Part shown: piece after piece, positions 53,852 through 64,000 of the stretch
Position numbering within the stretch: the stretch's first letter is position 1
How the letters are laid out: each line of letters opens with the position of its first letter
Source of the DNA: Fimicolochytrium jonesii
Lineage: Eukaryota
NCBI RefSeq assembly: GCF_025526975.1
Contig: NW_026515677.1
Location: 558,001 to 622,000, forward strand
DNA: 64,000 nt
Direction of reading: 5' to 3'
Made by a program: the position numbers and the translations under genes
The notes under the pieces: model-generated
Told to the model about the DNA's origin: nothing
The model's input: the letters and a program-made list of their open reading frames with translations, nothing else
Databases searched by the model: none

Positions 53852-54179
53852 AAGTTTGCACCGCAGCGGCGTGCTTTGAGAGACGCCGTTTTTCTGGGAC
53901 CGTGGAAGGCTCGAGTATATAGAAACTTGCATTGTTTGTCTTAGCATAGTTTGGCTTCGTAATTCGAGAGCGTAGGTAGTACGAAGTTCCACAATTTATC
54001 GTAGGTTCGCTGTTTCCGCACATACTGTATGATGGTGTTTCGCCAATGCGGCCCATGCTGCATACGTGCCAAACCGTTCGGACCTCCTTGACCCCGTCCG
54101 AAAACGCGTCTCCAAATGCGGTCTACAAGAAATCTTCCCCCTGAGGACATTTTCCCCGACCATCGCCACAGATTTACAA

Positions 54180-56696
54180 ATGGCTGAACAATTACCCGAA
54201 CAGCTGGTCGCCTGGGCCTGCGAGTTCGACACTACGGCTGGCGGGCTGGGAGTAGGCAGGTCACAAGGGAAAGGTCTCAAGATAGCAGAAAGGTGCGATA
54301 TGGACGAGTTGATGAGACCGAGTCTATTGGCTTACTATTTTAATTATCTCCTCCGGGAATGCAGCCTATGTAAGCATCAGCTGCTCCCTATTTGCCAGTA
54401 TCTGACGAAGCATGTAGTGACACAGAGGTAAGGGGAAGAGTTTGCTCGTTTTTGTTCGTACTTCGTAGTAAGTATATGCTCATGCGCTCTCGTGCAATCA
54501 CAGTCGGGCGGATCACGTTCGCAGGACGCTGCGGAGGTAAACCCCTTGTGCAACTTCAGATTACATATCGACCAGGGACTCACAAGGGCAACCTACAGGG
54601 CAGCAGCAAATGACGAAGCATACGCTGCATCCAGCAAGCTCCGCACGGCAACAACAGCCAGGGAGAAAGCCGAGGCAGAGAGGAAGGCGCTTCAAGACAG
54701 GATCTTGTCCTTACGCCACGCTGTTGCTGCTCGGGAGGAGAAACGCAGGCAGCTCATGGAAGATTGTGAAACTATGGCGCACGATGTTGCATTGGCTTGT
54801 GAGTCTTGCTTCATTGTTGAAAACCAGGGTGATTTATGTGTTCGGGTTTTAACCAGCGTTTGATTCGGATAGCAACCACGGCATCCGACGCAAAGCGCAG
54901 TCTCCTCCAACGAAAGCAAAAGCTCCACATCCTCCAAGCCTACGCCAAAAGCACCCTAAGCGTCATCCAAGTTATCAAACGATACAGCGAGATGGCCAAA
55001 ACCGCCGCCCCGCGTGATATCCTCGTCCAAGGCGGTACTGCGAAACGCGCCACCAACAACCACACCACATCAGCAGTAGACCTGATCCGCATCCGAGATA
55101 TGTGCGCCAAACTCGAGGAATCGATCAAAGCGTCTTTGTCACGGCAGGATATGCTCTCTGGCCTGGAACTGGCTGTTGAGACCGAGAGCGTGGCGCAGCT
55201 TGCACCGGAGGCGGTTCTGCAGGCGTTGATGGGACAGTCGCGGGCGGAGAGAGATGCTCTGTTGAGTGGTGATGTGAGGAGGGCGGAGGAGGCGGATCCG
55301 TTCGGGACGAATGAAGCTTGCCATGCGCAGTGGAATGTGATCCTGCAGGAGGAAGCTGGGCGGCATGTTGCGCGGTACGAGGAGACGAAAGCGTTGACTG
55401 CCGAAGCTGAAATGAACGAGAAACAGATTGCAGAACTGGTGAAGTCCTTGAGTAGCGCTCCAAACGCCGTGTCACCCGAAACAGCCGAAGGGAAAGCGAC
55501 GATGGCCGGAAGCAAAGCTCTTCTCTCCAACCTCCAATCCATAATCGCCTCCACGAAAACTGACCTCGCTACCCTCCAATCCCTTTGGCACTCCGCCGTA
55601 CAATCCCACACCCGCCACGACCAACTCACGAAAGACCTAGAAAACCGGCATTTTGAAGCCATCCGCCTGCAAAAAGCGTGTCAGAGCGCGCAGAAGGGCG
55701 TAACGATGCGGATCACGGAGATCCAGCAGTATTCTGCGGCGAAGATACCGGCGTTGGAGGAGAGCGTGGAGAGTTTGGCGAGGAGGGCGGTGGGGAGGGT
55801 GGTGGAGGAGTGTAGGGGGTTTGAGGGGTGTCCCGGGCGGCAGAGTGCTGTTGCGAAGGTTTTGAGGTTTGTGAATTTTGTTTGCATTGGTGTCAAGCGT
55901 CGGGTGGAAGGAACTGATTCGGATACCATCCGTCCGAAGTTCATCGCGGCTATTCACGAAGAACGGGATTCGCACAATGGTGTCCCTTTTCCGACAGGTA
56001 AGATGAGAAAAGCTAACCCTGCTTCCAGCATACGACCCGATCTCAACAGCTCGTTGTTTCGATATCTACAGAGTCCAGACACGACCATATCGCGATTAGC
56101 GGTGATGGTGGATGAAGGTACCGTGCGAGGAAGCAGAAGCCCAATTTTTCGGTGCAATGGACGTGACGGACTGATGAATCCCTATGACAGACACTATCAA
56201 TGGGATTGTTCATCAGCTTACTCTCGACGTTGGGCAGAAGGCCGGGAGTCAAGGTACCGCTACTCACTGCTTATGAAATGTGCGATTGTACCAGGCTCTA
56301 CCTTACTACCATTCCCAGTCCGAACCCACCTCGAGACCATCAACGAACCCACAGATCCAGCTATCACCTCGTCACAGGCCCTCGCAGACGCCATAGCCAA
56401 CCTCTCTTGTAAGCATGACCCCCTCTCGCCCAACCATCCTCAGCGCATCCTGCTAATCAACTTCCACCCCACAGCGTACGCCGCAAAACTGAACGAAGCC
56501 TACAAAACCGAGATGCTACCCCGGGCGCGAATGATCTTAACGGAAGCGGACGCGTCGATTGAGATTCATCGGCAGGTTGCGCAGTTGCGGCAGGACAGGT
56601 TTGTGGAATTTAAGGGATAGAGTTCAACGGTGAGGTGTGGTATTGATGGCTTGATTTTGCAGAGAGCGGTTTCGGGAGGTTATGTCGAATGCTTGA
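54180..56696 (+). CDS. Augmin complex subunit 5-like (HAUS5/Dgt5) coiled-coil protein, multi-exon
   Basis: N-terminal LVAWACE...SLCKHQLLPICQYLTKHVVTQ resembles recalled HAUS5 LGCWAVEE...[21 protein letters not shown]; long coiled-coil body. Confidence 0.6.
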
Positions 56697-56839
56697 CTGT
56701 GCCGCGGATGAGTGCGTTAGAGAGTAGGCATGTGCGTTTACGGCGTTTGAGTGCGGCGTAACCTCTTTTGAAGATGTAGCGGACTTACCGTGGACATGGA
56801 GCACGCGGTGTGCAATAAGACTCTATGGATTGTTGTCAG

Positions 56840-57022
56840 GGTCTGATGACGGACCCGACATCTCCCATCATCGACTTCTATCCCACCGAGCTCGAATTGG
56901 ATATGAACGGAAAGAAAGCCGATTGGGAAGCCGTCGTGAAGATTCCGTTCATCGACGAGAAGAGGCTCCTCGCTGCGTTGGGAGCGAGAGAGAACTAGCT
57001 GACTAGGGAAGATAGCGCTTGG
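56840..57022 (+). pseudogene. XRN1: Isolated XRN1 5'-3' exoribonuclease exon fragment with in-frame TAG at 56996
   Basis: [47 protein letters not shown]...EN*LTRED; preceded by an acceptor-like gttgtcag; the rest of the gene is absent. Confidence 0.85.
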
Positions 57023-57441
57023 CAAAAATACTGGTATCAGAAGAGGCCCGAAGGTAGACAGCCCGGGCAACTTTGCGTATATACATACCAGGTCCCGCGT
57101 GGGAGCGTTTCACGACGCGACAAGCTGCTCAAAGCTGAGGGATCGTCGGCGTGCGTCAAGCTTCTCAAGGACACAGTTGATCCAGGATACCGTAAGAGTA
57201 ATTCATCGACTTCTTCGCAAGCTCGTGTGGCTAAAAAATCGGACGGGTGGCATGAGATTTCGGGATATGAAAGTCTGGCTGCGAGGCTGATTTTGATCAA
57301 ATGTATGTCTAATCAAGATCCATGCAAAAGGGTATGAAAGTTCCACGCATTCGCCATCAAATAAAAAAATCGCATCTATGTTGTTTCAGCAAGCCTAATG
57401 TCTACTCCAATTATGAACGACTGCCTACATCTCTGAAGACT

Positions 57442-58747
57442 CTACAAACGCTCGATAACGATAGATGAGGCAGCACCTCCACCATTGCACACTCCCGTAA
57501 CACCAAGCTGTCCGGGTTTGAGGAGGTGCACCAGAGACACCAAGATACGGGAACCAGACGATCCAATGGGGTGACCAAGCGAGACACCACCACCAGCGAT
57601 GTTGACCTTCGATGGGTCCAACTGCAAGATCTGCTCGTTGGCGCGGATGACCACACTGAAGGCCTCGTTGATCTCAAAGAGGCTGATATCGTCTTTGGAG
57701 AGGTTGGCGCGCTTGAGAGCGATGGGGATGGATAGGGAGGGCGCGATGGTGAATTTCTTGGGTGATGTGGCGGCGTCGCCGAAGGAGAGGATCCGCGCGA
57801 GGGGTTTGATGCCGAGCGCTTCGGCTTTTGCGCGGGACATGAGGACGAGGGCAGAGGCGCCGTCGTTCAATGTGGAGGCGTTGGCGGCGGTCACGGATCC
57901 TCCTTTCAAGAAAGGACTCTTCAGCGACGACACCTTGTCGAACTTGATGTTCTTGTATTCCTCATCCTCGGCAATGATCTTGTCGCCCTTCTTGTCACGG
58001 ATGGTGACTGGAACGACCTCATTCTTGAAGAGACCGTTCTTCCACGCTTCGGCAGCACGCTTGTATGAGGTCACGGCATGCTCGTCCTGCGCCTCCCGCG
58101 AAATCTTGTATTCCACAGCGGTCTCCTCCGCGCAAGTCCCCATGTGAATCTGGTTGGAAACATCCCACAATCCATCCTTGATGATAGAGTCCGTCGCTTG
58201 TTGGTGACCGAAAGAGGCGTTACGAGGGAAGTAGTAAGGGGCGTTGGACATGCTCTCCATCCCACCGGCTACCATAACGTCGCGTGCTCCCATCGCAATG
58301 TTCTGGTAGGCAAAGATGACGGCCTTCGCTCCGGAAGCGCAGACCTTGTTGATGGTAGTCGCCTCAGTGCTTTCCGGGCATCCGGCGGCGAAGGCAGCCT
58401 GACGCGCAGGGGCCTGGCCAAGGTTGGCTGAGACGACATTTCCCATGTAAACTTCCTCAATGTCAGAGGGCTTCAGACCGGCCTTCTCAATGGCACCGCG
58501 AATAGCTGGAGATAGCAATGAGTAAGGAAATGCCCGGGTTGGAATAGCCTGCAGCAGTTTCATGCGACAACTTACCAGTTCCACCAAGTTGGACCGCCGA
58601 CAACTTCGACAAGGACTTGCCGAACGAACCGACGGGAGTTCGTGCAGCGGACACGATGACAACCTCATTGAGACCGCCGGCGGTGGCGAAACCGCGAGCG
58701 GCGACGGCCGGCCTGAAAAGGGAACGAGCAGCGGGACGGAGGAACAT
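57442..58747 (-). CDS. Mitochondrial acetyl-CoA C-acetyltransferase (thiolase II, ACAT1/Erg10 family), one intron
   Basis: Arg-rich presequence MFLRPAARSLFR; SAARTPVGSF, TINKVCASG, FEINEAF, LGHPIGSSG, GVCNGGG. Confidence 0.95.
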
Positions 58748-59161
58748 TATTGCTATAGCTGTGAGGTATAGGTGACAATAAGCCGGCTGAAGTCCTGTCT
58801 AATCGAGTCGAAGTCGAGAGGTCGAGGTTGACGAATTCAACTCGAAAGCGGGGCGAGTCGGGAAAAGGTCAAACACGCGCGGATCACGCGGCCAAACAAC
58901 TTTGCGAACGAACACAGGGACGCTTTGCCGCTGAGAGCACATCAACCGGCATCAACCAGTTACGCCCGGCAGACCCTCTATCTACTATCACAGCAGGGGA
59001 CTGGCCAACGCAGTGCGTGTGTGCGTGTGTGGTATGGCTATGTTTCAACGGCAGTTTCGGGTTTGAAAGAAACGGTCTATTGAGTGCAATGTTATGATGT
59101 CCACCAGCTTTCGGACACCGCGTTACAATGGACTGAACTTGCATAAGCGGGGTGCGAAAGG

Positions 59162-62025
59162 ATGGCCGGCAATAGTACTACCGTCGGAAGGGCTGGTGGT
59201 GCAAAAGGGAGGAGCAGCACGAGTAGCACGACGACAAGTAGCACCTCGAAACGGAGAAAGATAAACTCCAGGAATTCTTGTCCCCCACGTCCTAACCAAA
59301 AAACGTTAGATGGGTACTTTGGTTTCGCCACCCCGTCTGCAACTGGAAGTCCCTCCGAAAGCACCATCCCTTCCCCGATTGATGTTGAAGAATCGCCTGC
59401 TCCGTCCGTCGTACCCGAAGAAAATGTGGAGAACGACGATGGTGAAGAGGTGGACGACGAGACAGACTCGGTGCCTTGGTGGGCCAATAGGAAACCATAC
59501 TACCAGCGAGTGTTTGAAGAAGCCATCGCGGTAGTTATGGAAGGAGAGGCGCATCTGCTGTGCGAAGAGGAGCAGAGGATAATCGCCGTCTACACCGCCC
59601 TGAATGGTCAGTAGTGTGCAGTGAGATGGACACGAAGACCACCCAAATAACATCTGATGGCTTTATGATATCAGTTGAGGCACAAAAGCTCTTCGTCAGG
59701 CTGTTCTCCCGAGACCGCAAATGGATTCGGCTCAGCAATCTGAAGTACCGTGAGATTGATCTAGGTGTTGCCTATGAAAGACTATCCATCGAGGCACCCG
59801 AGCTTGCTGAATATGGTTCGTCCGCTGACACAATCCACTACCTTGACAACACATCTTGACCGCTCTCATGTCCCTCAGAACCAGAAGGCCTACAGGTCAT
59901 GTTGGAAATCCTCACCGGAGCCGAACTCAAGACCCTTGTGAAGGAGAGTCAAATCGCATCCCCAGGGGCCAGCCAGACCAAGGCCGCGTGTGTCACCGCC
60001 ATCCTTGCTCATACGACGGGTCAGGCTCTGCTGATTGGAGACCCACTCAGGCGTATGACTAAACGTGTCAGGGAAGCTCTCGGTAAAGTGTTCATGTGCG
60101 AATGCTGCCCGCTCGTGCCCCTCTGACTTCGACGAACGACTCCCTTCGCAGGACCTGTCCTTAGGTTGACAGAACCAATTGTGGATCTCTTCGAGCGCAT
60201 CATGGTGATCCACTTCAGGTCGTTGGACTTGCTCGAGCGGCCCATGACGGCTGGCATCCTGTCGGAAGTGGAGAAGTGGGTGTTCCCTACTTATACCGTG
60301 GATCGGAACAATGACATATTCAAGACGCGAGAGGATGCTGTTGCTTGTATGTGTCGCATCACCCATGGTTCATAAGCGCTCGGTGCTCTTTCCTTTGAGC
60401 TGACCAGCGTCGTTCACATATGCGCAGATTACGAGGCATTGGTCCTGCAAAGCAAAATCGAGAAGATGGCTGAGAACAGACAGTCAGCAGAGACACTCGA
60501 GTTTCTGCCGTCCGTGGAGCAGCGTTGGACGGAAATTGCCGGGACTGAAACCCCTCTGGAAGGATCTCAGTACTTCCTACAGCAGTTTACTGCCGGTACG
60601 TTCCACTGGTGTTACCGACGTATTCCTGCGTTTCTTCTAACCTTCGTCCCTATCATCCTTTGAACAGGACGAGTTCACACTCGGATCCTTACAATGTACG
60701 CCCTGGACATCCTCCCCTTCATCAAACAACACGAAAAAGCGATAAGCATCCTCCACTCCCTCCTCTTCCAAAGCACATACGGCCGCGGCTCCCGAGGCAA
60801 ATGGTGGGACCAACTCTCCCACCTCACCCTCAACTACGGCGGCCCGACAGCAGAACAGCGACAGGAGTACGCCCTCGAGTACTGCGTGGAAGCCGTGCGG
60901 GATCCGTTGGTCAAGGGCGGCTACTTGGTCAAGATCCGACGACGGCTGGAGAGGATTGCGAGGAAGGTCTGGGACCGGACGTTTGGCGCGGACGGTGGGA
61001 GTGAGAATAGTCCGTGTGATGGGGTACAGCCGAAGAAGCGGGCAAAGAAGGGAAAGCATGCGAAGATGATGAATGGGTGGGAGGAGATCATACCGGGGGA
61101 TATCAGAAACAGACTGGTGGATTTGACGGTCAAGGAACCGACGCTGGTGGTCGTGGAGGGCAATAAAGTGGATGGAGGCGCGACGGGATTGAAGTCTCGC
61201 TGGATCGAGAGCGTGCCGCCGGAAGATCTCCAAGCACAGACAGAGGTGGACGGCAAGTCCCAATCCCCAGAATCCGCTCTAATGACAGTCGAAGAAGTTG
61301 CCATCCGCCACTACGCCCTCGCTGGGTACTCCGGCCAACACCTCGAAAACGCCCTCCTCCAACACCTCTTCGGCCTTCTCTTCCACTCAATCCTCTACAC
61401 CCCCGTCCCGAACGTCTTCCAAACCCGGTTCCAGATCTTCCCCCTCGATCTCTACACCGATGCATTCGCCGACCCCTCCGGCCCGCGTGCCGCCGCCCTC
61501 GCCAGCCGGTGCGAGGAGATTGCGGGGTGGACGTCGGAGGAGTTGGTGGAGGAAGTTATGAGGATTGATGGGGAGTTGAGGGGGAGGAAGGTTAGGGCTG
61601 TGGGTGTGGCTTGGAATGCGGTGGCGGATCCGGAGGTGTTGGAGAGTTTGGTGGGGTGTATGCGGCCGGAGGCAGTTGCGGCGGTTATGAGGGGGATGGC
61701 GGACGGGTATAGGGAACATACCGGGGGGTTGCCCGATCTTGTTGTTTGGAGGGAGGATGAGGTGGAGGCGGATGAGGCTACTATGGGAAATTACGAAGCG
61801 AGCAGTGGGCAGATGGATGGTGCGAGTGCCTCCAAACGACAACCAGCAAGGAGGGAGCGGAGCGGAGTCATCAAGCTCGTGGAAGTCAAAGGACCCGGCG
61901 ACCGCCTTAGCGAGAAACAAATTATGTGGATGGACGTGCTAGCTGCGAGTGGGTGGGATGTGGAGCTGTGTAAAGTGGTGGATGCAGCTACGGTGAAGCG
62001 GACTCGAGGGAAGCAGGCTAGATGA
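59162..62025 (+). CDS. FAN1: Fanconi-associated nuclease 1 (VRR-NUC), multi-exon
   Basis: AQKLFVRLFSR, RGKWWDQL, TVEEVAIRHY, GQHLEN, VFQTRFQIFPLDL, GGLPDLVVW, LVEVKGPGDRLSEKQIMW. Confidence 0.92.
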
Positions 62026-62599
62026 TGCATTTACATAGGCATGCTTGGGTGCGGATTCCAATTGTTCATAGACATTCTACATAGGCGTCGTTCTTTCTAT
62101 AACCCTTTTTGTTTACACGATTCTGTATTGCACGTTACATCTGTTCGCAGATTTTGTATATGGAAAGGCAGCTTTGTGATCGGCGAACAAAAGCCTGTGC
62201 GGTATCTCGTCAAAAGTTTATCGGGTATTGCAGCTCGCATTGCATACTATGGTAGCCACCAAAGCATTGACGATACTCGGAACCGGCACATGTGGCAAGG
62301 AAGTCGGTACTGTACATATCTGCGTCGTCGTCATCGTGCCGATACAACCTGGAGAAGCAAGCAGCGATGTCGGTTTTCACCCGGCAGATGTAATCCGTAG
62401 AGTCACAGCGGCTATGGTAACTCGTTCATCGCTGGAACTGTCATTATCGATCTTCAAAGTCCCAGGACCCGCTGTGAAGTTAGAAGAAGAGAGAGAAAGC
62501 CGAAATGTAAGCTTTTCGTTCACTGATGCACTTCTCGAAATTGGCCCCGTCACAAACAGAGGTCCTCTTCGCGCTGGTAGTAGTCTCGCTCGCTTGGTG

Positions 62600-63056
62600 T
62601 TCCCTTTCCAGCGACCCTCCTATCCGCACCACAGCCCCCGTACCTAAATATCATCCTTCAGCGATCCGTACCATGTGAGGACGGCTCGTCCCTTTATCAG
62701 CGCGGTCAAATGACTCCGTGATGATATCGTGGGTTTCGATGTCTACAGGAGCGTGCATTGTCAGCTTGTCGCCACAAAAGGACAATCCACGTCGTTATTG
62801 CTGCGAAACCACTTACCAGCTGTGAAGATTGCCTCCCCGAAGCGGTAGCACTATGTGTCGATCGAGACCCAGAGGGCGCGGAGGAAGAGGAAGACGAAGC
62901 GGAGGCGGATGCGAAGGATGGTTGTGCTGTGGATGGTTGAGCGCCGAGAGGGGAACCGGAAGATCGGGCAAAGTTGCTACGTGGCGACGAGCTGCAACCG
63001 GATGCTGCTCGTGCGAAGGACCGTCGGGCCCCGGAGGCTGCTGCTTTGAACGCCAT
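62600..63056 (-). CDS. Possible small spliced gene with a mitochondrial-presequence-like, Ser-rich N-terminus; 3' end uncertain
   Basis: MAFKAAASGARRSFARAASG...QSSQL followed by a GTAAGT donor (~62816) and a CTGAC...TAG acceptor (~62744). Confidence 0.3.
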
Positions 63057-63270
63057 TCCTGGACTAGGTGTGCGACGCTGCTTGCGCTGGTTGTCCGATT
63101 TCGGAATCACGGTCGTGGGAATAGCGAGTTGGCGAGTCTCCGATATCTCCAAGACCAGACGCGAAGCCACTTGCGCCACATTCCGATCATATAGTCGAGA
63201 AATAGTCGAGCAACATTGAAGTTACCTACCGCAATTACCTCTCAGGAAAAGGCATCCAACTCTAGCCGAC

Positions 63271-63622
63271 ATGGTTCTTGTCGTCAACAGACAGCAAGTG
63301 CTGAAGCTGTACAAGGAGCTTCTTATCTCCGCGAAGTAAGCGTTGAATATATCAATTTTTCTTAGTGCACATGTCCTGACCATAAGTCTTATACACTTGC
63401 AGGCTTCTCAAATACACCGACAAGGACTATTACAAGAGGAGGGTACAAGAAGCTTTTCGGGAGAATCAAAATGTGGCAGATCCGGCGGGGCAGGAACGAC
63501 TGTATCTGGTCAGTTGGGTTGACAAAGTGTTTGGATGTTTTTTGGTATCTCGCTGACTGAACGTGTCTTGTTCTCAGAGAGGAACCTTTATTCTCGAGAA
63601 CAAAATGGGCGGTCTGCTTTGA
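63271..63622 (+). CDS. LYR-motif microprotein, L0R8F8/AltMIEF1-like (mitoribosome assembly factor), 3 exons, ~70 aa
   Basis: Spliced MVLVVNRQQVLKLYKELLISAK|LLKYTDKDYYKRRVQEAFRENQNVADPAGQERLYL|RGTFILENKMGGLL matches the recalled L0R8F8 pattern LSLYRALL...LRYTDRDFY...IRREFRKN...KLGRII. Confidence 0.85.
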
Positions 63623-64000
63623 AAATGCTTGGTCCCGTGGTGGTCGCTTGCCTCAACGTGGTGGGGGTCGTCCGGGCACAGAGATATAGCCTCCCACTGG
63701 AAATTTGGCATGCGGCACCCACGTCGGCTCCAGCACCAGCTTCACCTGGCTTCCGAAAGTCAGCGCTAGCAAACATCGACAGCTTGATCAGTAAACGCCT
63801 CCAACGACCGGGTAGTGCACGGCTGCGGACCTGATATGTTAGCAGTTTGCGTTGCCGACAGTTGCACTGCGCACGTTCGGGTATCATATCATTACGCGCG
63901 GCACCCGTGGGTCCACCGATTGCACGGCAACCACCTGTCAACTTCGTCCTGGATATGGATCTCCCCTCGCAAATTGGGCGTTCGCAGGTTGCATGGGACA

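Overview
Eukaryotic, intron-rich fungal DNA (short GT-AG introns with CTAAC/CTGAC branch points). The gene content (augmin HAUS5-like, FAN1, L0R8F8-like, CZIB) fits an early-diverging fungus, probably a chytrid; this is an inference. Positions ~23-64 kb are mostly housekeeping genes: F-box protein, M19 dipeptidase, USP7/Ubp15, GALE, RPT5, IMP1, YOS1, SIR2, CRAL-TRIO, NDUFB3, 2OG-Fe(II) oxygenase, HAUS5-like, thiolase, FAN1 and a LYR protein. Positions 1-23 kb are more accessory: OTU deubiquitinase and CZIB, a repeat-rich 6.5-10 kb interval, then GH32 fructosidase, GDSL esterase, a frameshifted ABCB pseudogene, RTA1 and a cyclopropane fatty-acyl synthase. The most notable signals are: (1) an intronless ORF at 682-1329 resembling a degenerate, internally deleted giant-virus A32 packaging ATPase (possible endogenous viral relic); (2) an orphan XRN1 exon fragment with a premature stop at 56.84-57.0 kb; (3) a perfect 14-bp hairpin next to duplicated telomere-like repeats at 9.4-9.55 kb; (4) a stand-alone spliced homologue of the human MIEF1-uORF microprotein L0R8F8. 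All family assignments come from motif recognition by eye; no database searches were run.
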